Source: Candidatus Latescibacterota bacterium
GTDB taxonomy: Bacteria > Latescibacterota > UBA2968 > UBA8231
Direction of reading: 5' to 3'
Assembly (NCBI GenBank): GCA_965248355.1
Contig: OZ252098.1
Coordinates: forward strand, 2,528,001 to 2,592,000
DNA: 64,000 nucleotides
Position numbers and translations under genes: made by a program. The notes under the pieces were generated by a model that saw only the letters and a list, made by a program, of their open reading frames with translations, did not search any database and had not been told where the DNA came from. Of the stretch, positions 47,896-58,241 are shown in pieces (the first letter of the stretch is position 1; each line of letters starts with the position of its first letter).

Positions 47896-49323
47896 TCACC
47901 AACCGAATTCTGAAGGGTTGCTTACCAGTTTGGACAAGAACTGCCGTGTTTGAGGCGCGAGCCGGTATCCGGAGTTCTTCGCCTGCCATGCGAGCAGTTC
48001 CGAGCTCACACCGAATCGCGAACGGAGTGACCGAGCGGCGTGATCTTCGTTGCCTTCATGATCCGAGAGCATCTGTCCGGCGATCTCGCGGGGTAACAGC
48101 AACTCGGCAGCGAAGGCGCGGGCTCGCTTCTCGACGTGCCTGCCGGTCCTGCCGCCGAGCACCTCAACGAGCGGCAATGAACTCGCGCGATCGACTAGGA
48201 GGTGACAAATCTCGTGCGCCAGCGTCGCTCTTCTTCGGGCAGAGCTCGCAGCGTGTCGAGCGTCCGAGTTCGGCAGCACGGCTGGACCGTGACTCGGTCC
48301 CCAGCACCCGATAGCGTCTATGTCCCCAAGCCCGAGGCCTGCGTCGATGAGCGGCACACTCCACGGCACAAGGATCTGCTCGGGATCGACGCGTCCACCG
48401 CGATGAACGATCTCCGGCTCTCCCCGCAGCCAACTGGCCAGCGTGTATCCCTGCGTGAACGGCGGCTCGTCATGCGTGTCAGCAATCACCGTCAGTGCGT
48501 CTTGGGAGGCGCGGTCCAGTTCTGACTCGTCGGACAACGGTACGCGCCTGAGAGCCTCAAGGATCGGTCTCAAAGTAGTCCGCGGCTGCGGTCCGACCAG
48601 TCGCGCCGCGGCCAAGAGTTCATCGGAGCGAGGCGTGGTCCAGTCACGTTCATCCTCGGAGTAGAAGATCGACTCGACCTCGGCCACAAGCTCCGAGGGG
48701 TACCCGGTGGCAGCTTCGATGACCTTCAGCCGGTTGTGGCTGTCTCGTGCATGCCACGACTGGACCGCCTCGCGCGACCGGGCGTCGGACACCCCATTGA
48801 GCCTCGACGCAATGCAGTCCCCGACTTTGCTCAAGACATCGAGTAGCTCGTGGAACGGGGCCCTCGCCGTCGCTGTCGTCGAGGCCGCCCAGCCGGAGTT
48901 GCCGTCTCTCACGATCCACAGCGGCGGCATCGCTGCTCCCTGCACGGCTTCTGCCAGGTCATGAGTCATGCGGTATGCCTCAAGCTGCTCACGCTCAAGA
49001 TCAGACCCCAGAGGTGAGCCCGACTCGACCGCCATCTCGGCGGCTGCGACCATCCGTGGGACGGTGTCCAGAGCGACGCCGAAGGGAGCCCCGTCCTCGA
49101 TGGCCAGGTACAGCCAAGACTCTGCGAGAAACTCCAGAAGCTCGATCCACGTCCACTCGAAGCCCGTGGCCTCGTCCGAGCCGTGCCAGACCGCCTTGCC
49201 CCGCAGGCTCACCCTAAGGCTTCCTCTAGTCGCGTTGGCCGCTGAAGTCCTCGAGCCTCCGGCTAGCCAGTCCAGCGCGAGTTCGATATCGCCGTCGGAT
49301 GACCGTGCTACCAGTTCATCCAT
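47896..49323 (-). CDS. ImmA/IrrE-family metallo-endopeptidase with large unknown N-terminal region
   Basis: RRRATLAHEICHLLVD, EKRARAFAAELLLP. Confidence 0.88.
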   Translation of the reverse strand: MDELVARSSDGDIELALDWLAGGSRTSAANATRGSLRVSLRGKAVWHGSDEATGFEWTWIELLEFLAESWLYLAIEDGAPFGVALDTVPRMVAAAEMAVESGSPLGSDLEREQLEAYRMTHDLAEAVQGAAMPPLWIVRDGNSGWAASTTATARAPFHELLDVLSKVGDCIASRLNGVSDARSREAVQSWHARDSHNRLKVIEAATGYPSELVAEVESIFYSEDERDWTTPRSDELLAAARLVGPQPRTTLRPILEALRRVPLSDESELDRASQDALTVIADTHDEPPFTQGYTLASWLRGEPEIVHRGGRVDPEQILVPWSVPLIDAGLGLGDIDAIGCWGPSHGPAVLPNSDARHAASSARRRATLAHEICHLLVDRASSLPLVEVLGGRTGRHVEKRARAFAAELLLPREIAGQMLSDHEGNEDHAARSLRSRFGVSSELLAWQAKNSGYRLAPQTRQFLSKLVSNPSEFGW

Positions 49324-49664
49324 CGCCGCACCTCCCTCTCGCATCCCTGCTGATTGGCCCGTTGCAGCAGTTCTTGCTTGATGGCCCTCGCGTTACCAGT
49401 GCGCGGGAATCCCGCTGGGTGCTCGGGAAAACCATGGTACGAGGCTCCTGGGTTGGTCGGCGCAGCACGATAGACGACACCGTCTCGGACCGCGTACAGC
49501 CGCTGAGGGTACGGCCGGTTCCAGAAGCGCCTGCGCGTCGGACAGGTTCACGTCGCGGGACACTTGCCGACACGGTTCGGCCCGACTTCGACGAACCCGG
49601 CATAGTCCTTGTTCCAGTGGTGCTTGCGCTTGGGGTTCTCATCCGGTTCGTAGAGCCACGGCAT
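49308..49664 (-). pseudogene. Small putative toxin-like protein, frameshifted, overlapping the peptidase start
   Basis: Manual translation: MPWLYEPDENPKRKHHW...VGKCP, then a frame break, then RLYAVRDGVVYRAAPTNPGASYHGFPE...EVRRWMNW*. Confidence 0.55.
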
Positions 49665-49684
49665 GTCAGTCTCCCGATCCGCCA

Positions 49685-50765
49685 TCAAGGCCAACGCCGC
49701 TCACCTGCCCACGTCACGCAGCCAACCGGCCTGCGGAACAACGATACGATCTTCCGAGCAATGGTGCGTCGGCTCGCACCGGGCCGACTGGACGACCTCC
49801 GGTCAGAAGTTGCCAGGAGGCGGGTACGCCCCGCAACGGCTGGGCGCCGCATCCTCACCCCTTTGTGTCCCAGGTCGGACTCCAGGCTCAGGGCCCGCGA
49901 TTTCTTCCACGGAAAAGCCGAGAGGAAGAGGACGTCCGGGGTCTTCGCCCGGCCCGCAGCCAGCTCCAGGGGCGGGAAGCGGCGCTTGTTCTCCGGCCGG
50001 GAGCGCAGCTCCCAGTCCAGCTCTCCCACCTCGAGCTGGCCGGCCACGCCGTCCCGGAATCCGCTCACCTCCTCGAAGCCCTCGAAAGGGGCTGCGGAAA
50101 TCGGTGGACCAGGGCCGCCCCGGCTCGAGAACCTGCGTCCGGTAGGCCCACTGCCACGACGCCCGCGGCGACTTGGAGCACCAGGGCCTCGACCATGTCC
50201 GTCACCCTCCACTCGGTGCTCACGGCGAGACCGAAGCCTGCTCGTTGACGCCGCCGGTCCAGGCGGAGGGGAAGGTCCCGCCTCCAGGTCGATCGCCACC
50301 CGGGGCCCCTCGATGTCGGGCACGTAGGTCCCCCAGATCACCCCCGGCGAGTACTTGCGGATCCCCTGCCGGAAGGTGATCGGCTGCGGCTCTCCAGCCT
50401 CGTTGACCGCCGTGTTCCGCCCGAAGACGGCGTTGACCCCTCTCCGCACGGTCAACCGCAGGGTCAGGCGCACCTGGCCGTACCCGGGCCGCGAGACCAT
50501 GGCCGGCATCCGCAAGGTCATCTCGATGGCCGCCTCTTCGGGCGTGTTTCTCACCACCCGAACCTGGCCGCGGCATGTTCCGTGTCGTCCCTGCCAGCCG
50601 GCGGGGACCGCCCCCGGGTCCCGGGGGGTCAGGGAGTTGGGCACCTCGAAGACGTCCCACTCGTTCTCCAGCACCACCCGGTCCGGCCGGCCGTCCCCGT
50701 CCGTGTCCTCCTCGAAAGGCCACGCCGAGTGCCAGGATCAGGGGCGGGATCGCTTTCATCGGTTC
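49685..50765 (-). pseudogene. Degenerate secreted-protein gene fragment
   Basis: Signal-like MKAIPPLILALGVAF in a different frame from VLENEWDVFEVPN; downstream sequence switches frame. Confidence 0.35.
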
Positions 50766-50830
50766 CATGGGGCATATACCTTCGACGCCGGTTCGACGCA
50801 GGTCCCATCTTCTCGGGGAAAGGGAAGCAA

Positions 50831-52000
50831 ATGAGCACCGACTCGCCATCCACCTACCGCGCCCCCGCCTTCGCCGACTCCAAGCCCGGGCTCGCCGCCC
50901 CGGGCGCCACGCCGGAGCGGCTGGCCCACCTGCAGGAGCACGGCTTCGTCATCATCACCGACTTCGTCGGCAACCCGTGGATTCCCGTCCTGCGCGAGGC
51001 CGGCCGCCGGATCACCGAGGCCTGCGCCCCGGAGATCGGCTACGACCGCATCGACTGCTCCCGGGGCTACGTGCACCGCGCCGCCGAGGACGATCCGTGG
51101 GCCATCCGCGGCCTCATCCACCCCGCCTTCGGGGAGCCGGACTTCGCCGCCTTCCAGGGCTCGCCCGACTTCCTGGGCTTCATCGAGTCCTGGTGCGACG
51201 GGCTGCAGCACGAGGACCTCGTGCTGGGGGGCCTGCTGCTGTGGTGCAACCCCCGCAAGCGCGAGAACAAGCTCGGCTGGCACCGGGACACGACCTGGTG
51301 GGGAACCGGCAAGCCCTACAGGGCCCAGGGCGGCGACGAGCCGGAGGGGCCCGAGGCCTACTCCGAGGAGGTGGAGAGGAAGCGCTGGAAGGAGATCGTG
51401 GCGGGCAATCTCAAGTCCGTCTCCGAGCGCACCGGCGTGAGCATGTTCCTGGCCCTGGTCGACGAGGAGTGCCACGAGCTGGTGCCCGGCTCCCACAACC
51501 GCTGGCGCACCCCCCTGGAGCACGACGTGCTGCTTCCCAAGGGGATGAAGGAGAAGGGGGTCCCCCACACCCCCAGCTGGAACGGCGAGGATCCCCTGCC
51601 CGGCCAGGTCGCCATCCGCCTCAAGGCCGGCGAGGCCCTCATCCGCAACGGGACCACCATCCACACCGGCCACACCCTCCCCGACCGCGAGCGCAACACC
51701 CTCTCCATCGGCTGGTCCAAGTGGGGCGGCCCCTTCACCGGCGAGCCGACCGCGGCCGACGCCCGCAGCGCCTGGCAGCTCGACCCCGCCGTGCGCGAGG
51801 CCCTGCCCCACGACTGGATGAAGACCGCCTGGGACCGCTGGGCCGAGACCCAGAGGCTCGGCGACTCCCTCGAGGACCGCTACGCCGGCTTCGACATCAA
51901 GGCCATCAAGTCCGGCCAAGTCGTCGGCTGGCGCGGCGAGCTGGAGCGCCAGGCGGCGGCGGCGGGCGAGGCCTGGCAGCCGTTCCAGACGGCGGCGTGA
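50831..52000 (+). CDS. PhyH-like dioxygenase family protein
   Basis: LQEHGFVII, WHRDT, VPGSH, IHTG; strong host codon bias. Confidence 0.8.
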   Translation: MSTDSPSTYRAPAFADSKPGLAAPGATPERLAHLQEHGFVIITDFVGNPWIPVLREAGRRITEACAPEIGYDRIDCSRGYVHRAAEDDPWAIRGLIHPAFGEPDFAAFQGSPDFLGFIESWCDGLQHEDLVLGGLLLWCNPRKRENKLGWHRDTTWWGTGKPYRAQGGDEPEGPEAYSEEVERKRWKEIVAGNLKSVSERTGVSMFLALVDEECHELVPGSHNRWRTPLEHDVLLPKGMKEKGVPHTPSWNGEDPLPGQVAIRLKAGEALIRNGTTIHTGHTLPDRERNTLSIGWSKWGGPFTGEPTAADARSAWQLDPAVREALPHDWMKTAWDRWAETQRLGDSLEDRYAGFDIKAIKSGQVVGWRGELERQAAAAGEAWQPFQTAA

Positions 52001-52006
52001 GGGAGC

Positions 52007-53710
52007 ATGAGTGAAACCGTCCCCTTCGGACGCGTCCTCGGCACCGAGCCTTCCACGCCGCTGGCCTTCTGGGTGGCCATAGACAAGGAACGGGTGATAC
52101 AGCTCGACGAGGTCGTCTCCCTCGAGAGGGAGCTGCCCGATTCCAGAGTCGTCCATATCTACGGCATCGTCACCGAGCTACAGGCAAAGCACGAGGGGGC
52201 GCGGTTCGACAGCGATGTGTTCCTGATCGAGGACGGAATCATCCCCGCCGAAGTCACGGAGATCGCCAAGGTCCAGGTCACCCGCTTCGAGCCCGAGTTC
52301 TTCATTCCCCCCCTGCCGGGCCAGATCGTCCGCAAGGCCAAGGGGAAAGAGCGCGACGAGGCCCTGTTCTTCGACGGCATGGTCAAACTGTTGCCCGCAG
52401 GCCTGTCGCGAGAGGACGACCCGGTCTACGCCAACTTCGAGTTCATCGACGGCACCCGCGGTGCCCATGTGAACATCAGCGGCGTCTCCGGCGTCGCCAC
52501 CAAGACGACCTACGCCACCTTCCTGCTCCACGGCATCTTCACCTCGAAAGTCATGGGCGGCGAGGCGGTGAACACCAAGGCCCTGATCTTCAACGTCAAG
52601 GGCGAGGACCTGATGTTCCTCGACCGAGCGAACCGGACTCTGAAGGAAGACCAGGCGAGACGCTACGCCTCCCTCGGCCTGGAGGCGTCGCACTTCCGCA
52701 GCGTCGAGTTCTGGGCGCCGCCGCGAAAGGGGGACAGGAACGCGGCCCCGGCCACGGGAAGCCGGCAGGGAGGGGTGACCTCCTACTTCTGGACGCTGCA
52801 CGAGTTCTGCGAAGAAGAGTTGCTCCCGTACCTGTTCACCGATCCCCAGGACGACCGGCAGCAGTACACCCTGATCGTTCACAACGTGACTTCCAGGCTG
52901 AAGAGCAAGGCCAAGCCACTCGGTGAAGGCGGAGTGCGAATCGAGGAGAGCAGTGCGAGGACCCTGGGCGAGTTGTTCGAGATCGTCATCGGCTACCTGG
53001 AGGATGACGCCACTTCCTCCGAGTGGGCCGGACGCGCCATCGGGGCCGGCACCATCGGTGCCTTCATCCGCCGGCTCTACGGCGCCCGTCCTCACGTGGA
53101 GCACCTGATCCGGGGCGACGTCCCGAACGCCGGCGCTCACAAGATCGAGCAGCAGCAGCAGGTCACGGTCGTGGACATCCACAACCTCAACGACCGGGCC
53201 AAGCGGTTCGTGGTGGGTGTAACCCTCAACAAGGTCTTCGAGGACAAGGAGCGCACCGGCCAGTCGCGCCCGCTTCTGTTCATCATGCTGGACGAGTTGA
53301 ACAAGTACGCCCCGAGGGAAGGGTCCAGCCCCATCAAGGAGATACTTCTGGACGTGGCCGAGCGCGGGCGTTCCCTCGGCATGATCCTGATCGGCGCCCA
53401 GCAGACCGCCAGCGAGGTCGAGCGGCGCATCATCGCCAATTCGTCGATCCGCGTCGTGGGCCGCCTCGACAGCGCCGAGGCCGGCCGCGACGAGTACGGA
53501 TTCCTGCCGGCGGAGCAGCGCCAGCGGGCGACCATCATCAAGCCGGGGACGATGATCCTGACGCAGCCCGAGATCCCCATTCCCCTGGTAATCGAGTTTC
53601 CCTTCCCCGCGTGGGCCACGCGTCCCGACGAGGCTCGGGATCCGCCATCCGCAGACGACGGCGGTCCGGATCCCTTCGAGGGCCTGGAGACGGGGAAGGC
53701 GGACTCTTGA
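52007..53710 (+). CDS. herA: HerA-family ATPase/DNA translocase
   Basis: HAS-barrel-like N-terminus, variant Walker A ISGVSGVATKTT, FNVKGED, Walker B IMLDE, AERGRSLG, GAQQ. Confidence 0.85.
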   Translation: MSETVPFGRVLGTEPSTPLAFWVAIDKERVIQLDEVVSLERELPDSRVVHIYGIVTELQAKHEGARFDSDVFLIEDGIIPAEVTEIAKVQVTRFEPEFFIPPLPGQIVRKAKGKERDEALFFDGMVKLLPAGLSREDDPVYANFEFIDGTRGAHVNISGVSGVATKTTYATFLLHGIFTSKVMGGEAVNTKALIFNVKGEDLMFLDRANRTLKEDQARRYASLGLEASHFRSVEFWAPPRKGDRNAAPATGSRQGGVTSYFWTLHEFCEEELLPYLFTDPQDDRQQYTLIVHNVTSRLKSKAKPLGEGGVRIEESSARTLGELFEIVIGYLEDDATSSEWAGRAIGAGTIGAFIRRLYGARPHVEHLIRGDVPNAGAHKIEQQQQVTVVDIHNLNDRAKRFVVGVTLNKVFEDKERTGQSRPLLFIMLDELNKYAPREGSSPIKEILLDVAERGRSLGMILIGAQQTASEVERRIIANSSIRVVGRLDSAEAGRDEYGFLPAEQRQRATIIKPGTMILTQPEIPIPLVIEFPFPAWATRPDEARDPPSADDGGPDPFEGLETGKADS

Positions 53711-54891
53711 GGATCCTCCACACCGCGGACTGGCACGTCGGCGCCACCCTGCGAGGGCGCAGCCGCGCCGACGAGCACCGGGAGGTCCTGGCCGAGATCG
53801 TGGCCATCGCGGAAGAGCGGGACGTGGATCTCGCGATCGTAGCCGGGGACCTGTTCCACCACGCCGCGCCGGGCCCCGAGTCCGAGCAGATCGTCTACGA
53901 GGCGCTGCTCAAGCTGGCCCGGGATGACCGGCAGGTCGTGCTGGTAGCCGGGAATCACGACAACCCCGCGCGCGTCGAGGCCGTCCGGCCGCTCCTCGGC
54001 ATGGCCGGCATCCACGCCGCCGGACACCCGCGCCGCCGGGATGAGGGCGGGATGGTGAAGATCGAGACCCGGAGCGGTGAGAGGGCGCACGCCGTGCTTC
54101 TGCCCTTCCTCTCCCAGCGCGGTATCGTGAAGGCGGACGACCTGATGTCGGGCGAGGCCGGCGACCACGTGCAGAAGTACGCCGAACGCATCCGGCGCAT
54201 CCTCTCTCACCTGTGTGAGGGTTTCGAGGATGACGCGGTCAACCTGGTAGTCTCCCACCTCACCGTCGTCGGAGGCAGGATGGGCGGCGGCGAGCGGGAA
54301 GCGCACACGATCTTCGACTACCACGTACCTCCCCAGGTCTTCCCGACGAATGCCCACTACACGGCGCTCGGACACCTTCACCGGGAGCAGAAAGTAGCGG
54401 GGGCTGATCGGATCCGGTACTGCGGCGCACCGATCCAGGTCGACTTCTCCGAGGAGCAGAACGATCCCTGTGTGCTGTTGGTCAAGGTGGAAGCCGGGGT
54501 GCCCGCCCGGGTGAAGGAGGAGAAGCTCCGCTCACCCAGGTCCCTTCGCACGCTGTCAGGAACGCGCGACGAACTGATGGAGCAGCTCGGATCCACGGGC
54601 GACGCGTATTTGCGGATTGTGATCGAGGAGAGGCCGTCCCCCGGGCTCGCGGACGAGATGCGGGAAGCCTTCCCGAACGCGGTGGACGTCCGGGTAGTGC
54701 ACGAAGCCGATGAGCCCGACGAAACGGACCCGCTCGACTTCGCCCAAGTCCGCAGGTCACCACGCGACCTGTTTGCGCGGTACCTGGAGCAAAAGGGCGT
54801 GGAGGGCGAGGAGTTGCTGAAGCTGTTCGACCGGCTGCTGGAGGAGCTTGAGGACTCGGACAACGACGACGCGGAGGGGGCGACCGATTAG
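53707..54891 (+). CDS. sbcD: SbcD/Mre11 nuclease
   Basis: TTG start overlapping herA stop; HTADWH, AGDLF, GNHD, LGHLH, RYCGAP. Confidence 0.93.
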   Translation: MRILHTADWHVGATLRGRSRADEHREVLAEIVAIAEERDVDLAIVAGDLFHHAAPGPESEQIVYEALLKLARDDRQVVLVAGNHDNPARVEAVRPLLGMAGIHAAGHPRRRDEGGMVKIETRSGERAHAVLLPFLSQRGIVKADDLMSGEAGDHVQKYAERIRRILSHLCEGFEDDAVNLVVSHLTVVGGRMGGGEREAHTIFDYHVPPQVFPTNAHYTALGHLHREQKVAGADRIRYCGAPIQVDFSEEQNDPCVLLVKVEAGVPARVKEEKLRSPRSLRTLSGTRDELMEQLGSTGDAYLRIVIEERPSPGLADEMREAFPNAVDVRVVHEADEPDETDPLDFAQVRRSPRDLFARYLEQKGVEGEELLKLFDRLLEELEDSDNDDAEGATD

Positions 54892-54894
54892 CGC

Positions 54895-57297
54895 ATGCGT
54901 CCGATAGAGCTTGAGATGGAGGGGTTCACCTCCTTCAGAGACCGCACGGTAGTCGACTTCGAAGATGTGGACCTGTTCGTGATCACCGGTCCGACGGGAT
55001 CAGGGAAGTCGAGCGTCATCGACGCCATGATCTTCGCCCTCTACGGATCGATCCCCCGGCTCGACGACCGCCGGGCGGTGGCGCCGGTTATCAGCAGGGG
55101 AATGCTCCAGGCGCGCGTACGGCTCGACTTCATGGTCGGCGGGAAGCGCTACACCGCTGTACGGGTGGTCCGGGCAACGAGGGATGGAGCCACCACGCGC
55201 GAGGCGACCTTGGAAGATGACGCCGGCAACACGCTGACGGCCAGCGACCCCAAGGAATTGACCAAGAGGGTGGAGGAGATCCTCGGCCTGTCCTTCGACC
55301 ACTTTACCAAGTCCGTAGTCCTGCCCCAGGGCGACTTCGCGGAACTCCTGCACGAGCGGCCCGGGGAGAGACAGAAGTTGCTCCAGCGGCTGCTGGGCAC
55401 GGAGCTCTACGGCCGGCTGGCGAGCCTCGCGGGCGCGAGAAGCAAGGAGGCCCAATTCTCCGCTCAACTCCTCGAGAGCGACATAGCACAGGGCCGTGCC
55501 GCTGGAATCACTGCCGAGGCTTTGACGGCGGCGCACCAGAGGGCGGAGGACCTCGAGCGTCTGGTGCTGCGGATAAAGGAGCAACAGCCGGAAATCAAAC
55601 GGCTCGAGAAGAAGCTGGATCTGGCGGCGCAAGAAACGACAAAGGTCCAGGAACGGCTCAGGGTGCTGAGCGAAATCCGCGTACCCGATGGCATCTCCGA
55701 ACTGGCCGAGAGGATAGGGGAGGGGCGCCGCGCTCTCCATCAGGCGAGAGAGGCTCATGACAAGTCCGTGGAGGAGCGACGTCGTATCCAGGAGGACTTG
55801 GAAAAGCTGCGCAAACTAGACGACCTGAGGGACTGGCTGCGCCGCTACGAAGAGTTGGCCAAAGCTCGGAAGAAGGAGGGTGAGGCGTCGTCCCGGCTGA
55901 AAGAAGCGCAGACGGCTCTGGAGATTGTCCAGGCGAAGGCGGAGAAGGCAGGGAAGGAGTTCGAGGATGCCCAAGAGGCCGTGAGCTCGATGGAGGATGA
56001 ACATAGGGCCTATCACCTTGCCGCGGGGCTGACGGCGGGAGACCAATGCCCCGTCTGCCGTCAGCGAGTGGCCGAGCCGCCGTCGCTGCAGGCACCCCGG
56101 GAGATGCAGGAGGTGCACGAGGCCCTCGAAAGGGTGAGGGAAAGCCGGCAGCTTGCTGACGCCAAGCTCGATGATGCCCAGTACGCAGTAGCCGCGGAGG
56201 AGCGCAGCTTCAAGGAGGCGGAAGAGCAGGTCAGGGCTTTGGAGGAGGAGTTGAAAGATGCGGATCCCCGCGAGGACCTTGAAGCTGCCTTGGAAGAAGT
56301 TCTGACAGCCGACCAACTGTTGCTGGAGGCGAACAGAAGGGAGAAGGAAGCCGGCGTCCGGTTGCGCAAGGCCGAGAGGGTTGTCAAGGCGCTGGAAGAG
56401 GATGAGAGGACGGCGTGGGAGGAGTACGACAGGCAAAGAGACCTGCTCGCAGGGATGCAGCCGCCCCCCGCCCAACGCGAGGAACTATGGGTGGCGTGGA
56501 GTGATTTGGTCCGCTGGGTGAGGGAGCAGGAGCGAGAGCAACGCGACCTCCTCGAAGAGGGAAGGAAGGAGCGGGAGGAGACGGAGTCCGCCCTCGCGGA
56601 GATCCGGCAATCGATCGCCGGGTGGTGTGGCGAGACCGGTGTCACCGTGGCCGACGGTGAGGAGCCGCTGACGGCGTGCCGCGTCGAGATGGGCAGGCAG
56701 GCAGGGGAGATCGAACGGATCGAGCACTCCCTGCAGGAGATTGAGCGGAAGCAGGGAGAGTTGAAGCGGCTGCAGCAGGAGGGCAGGGTCGCGGGGGAAC
56801 TCGCACGGCACCTCGACGCGCGCAACTTCGAGCGCTGGCTGATGGCACAGGTGTTGAAGCAGTTCTCCGCTGGGGCCAGCAGGGAACTGCTCAAGTTGTC
56901 GAGGGGTTCCTACTCCCTGGATCTGGACGGGAACAACAACTTCGTCGTGGTGGATCACCGCAACGCCGACGAGCGCGGTCCCGTGAAGACGCTCTCCGGG
57001 GGCGAGACCTTCCAGGCCTCCCTGTCGCTGGCCCTTGCCCTCTCGGAGCATCTCACGAACTTGGCGGTGGGCGGCGCGGCCAGGCTGGAGGCCCTCTTCC
57101 TGGACGAGGGATTCGGCACCCTGGACACGGATACGGACACCCTGGACGCTGTCATATCGGCCCTCGAGGAACTCGCTTCATACGGGAAGATGGTCGGAAT
57201 CGTGACCCACGTGCAGGAGCTGGCCGAGCGCATCCCCGTTCGCTACGAGGTGACCAAGGAAGGGAACCGGTCGTCCATAAGGAGGGTCGAGGCGTGA
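54895..57297 (+). CDS. sbcC: SbcC/Rad50 SMC-like ATPase
   Basis: GPTGSGKS, LPQGDF, coiled coil with CPVC zinc hook, LSGGE, FLDEGFG, IVTH. Confidence 0.95.
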   Translation: MRPIELEMEGFTSFRDRTVVDFEDVDLFVITGPTGSGKSSVIDAMIFALYGSIPRLDDRRAVAPVISRGMLQARVRLDFMVGGKRYTAVRVVRATRDGATTREATLEDDAGNTLTASDPKELTKRVEEILGLSFDHFTKSVVLPQGDFAELLHERPGERQKLLQRLLGTELYGRLASLAGARSKEAQFSAQLLESDIAQGRAAGITAEALTAAHQRAEDLERLVLRIKEQQPEIKRLEKKLDLAAQETTKVQERLRVLSEIRVPDGISELAERIGEGRRALHQAREAHDKSVEERRRIQEDLEKLRKLDDLRDWLRRYEELAKARKKEGEASSRLKEAQTALEIVQAKAEKAGKEFEDAQEAVSSMEDEHRAYHLAAGLTAGDQCPVCRQRVAEPPSLQAPREMQEVHEALERVRESRQLADAKLDDAQYAVAAEERSFKEAEEQVRALEEELKDADPREDLEAALEEVLTADQLLLEANRREKEAGVRLRKAERVVKALEEDERTAWEEYDRQRDLLAGMQPPPAQREELWVAWSDLVRWVREQEREQRDLLEEGRKEREETESALAEIRQSIAGWCGETGVTVADGEEPLTACRVEMGRQAGEIERIEHSLQEIERKQGELKRLQQEGRVAGELARHLDARNFERWLMAQVLKQFSAGASRELLKLSRGSYSLDLDGNNNFVVVDHRNADERGPVKTLSGGETFQASLSLALALSEHLTNLAVGGAARLEALFLDEGFGTLDTDTDTLDAVISALEELASYGKMVGIVTHVQELAERIPVRYEVTKEGNRSSIRRVEA

Positions 57298-58241
57298 AGA
57301 TCGCCGTCGAGTCCTGGGCCCCGGAGTACGGCTCCCTGGTCGATTCTGGTGAGATGGAGGAGGCGGAGGCTCCAACGGACGTGGAGGTCGAGATGCCGGC
57401 CGGCGAGTGGCGGCCCCTGTCGCCCTCCCCGGAGACCCCGAAGCCCGCCGCCATCCACTTCGTGGACGGCGTGCGGCGCATCGACGCCCGTGTGTGGATC
57501 ACACACGACGACGGGATGACCCGGTTGGGGATCTGCGCGTCCTACGCTGCGGGCGTGGTGCGATGTGGGCAGCGTGCAGAGGTTATCGACGCCCAAGTGC
57601 GCCGGCAGCTGGTGTCGACGGCGGGCGCCCCCGCCCTCGTCACGAGGGCCGGCCGGTTCGAGCCCTGCGCCGCCGCAAAGGATGCCATCGACGAGTTGCT
57701 CATCGCATTGCAGGGACAGCTTGGCCAGCTGGAGGTCCAGGTGGCCGCCCGCAACGTCCCGGACGATGCCCTCCTCGTGCTCGATGGCCCGGTGAGCCGC
57801 GGGCGCCACCAGATCCCCGGCGCCCTCGGATACGTGAAGACGCACCAGGTCCGGTATCTTCCGGCCAGTCTCTCGGAGGTGGTCTCAGGACTGAAGCCGG
57901 GAGAGAGGACCCCGATCTTCCTGACCCAGACGACGTGGAGCCGGTACTCGTGGTACCTGAGGCTGCCCGGCGGCGAAGGGCATCCCTGGTCGGGCGTGGT
58001 CCGATGCGAGGCATCGGCCGAGGGAGAGGTGGGGAAGTTCCGGAGGCTGGCCGATCAGTCCGCGGCGGTCCTGCCCGCCTATGCCTCGGAGCGCCACAAG
58101 GAGCCGCGGGCCCCGCAGAACCTGTACCCGATCTCAACGCTCGAGCGGGAGCTGCGGCGGCGGCTCGGCGACGTGGCCTACGTGCACCGGGAATTGAGGC
58201 GTAGCGCCCTCCCCTTCACTGGAGAGCCGCCCTATGGATGA
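57294..58241 (+). CDS. nurA: NurA-like nuclease
   Basis: FVDGVRRID, LVLDGP, GYVKTH, RAPQNLYPI; overlaps sbcC stop. Confidence 0.8.
   Translation: MKIAVESWAPEYGSLVDSGEMEEAEAPTDVEVEMPAGEWRPLSPSPETPKPAAIHFVDGVRRIDARVWITHDDGMTRLGICASYAAGVVRCGQRAEVIDAQVRRQLVSTAGAPALVTRAGRFEPCAAAKDAIDELLIALQGQLGQLEVQVAARNVPDDALLVLDGPVSRGRHQIPGALGYVKTHQVRYLPASLSEVVSGLKPGERTPIFLTQTTWSRYSWYLRLPGGEGHPWSGVVRCEASAEGEVGKFRRLADQSAAVLPAYASERHKEPRAPQNLYPISTLERELRRRLGDVAYVHRELRRSALPFTGEPPYG

Noticed and set aside
52007..58241. Wadjet/MukBEF or Lamassu system
   Set aside because: The SMC-like protein has a Rad50 zinc hook and a canonical Mre11 partner; no kleisin/KITE subunits or Lamassu-type effector are seen.
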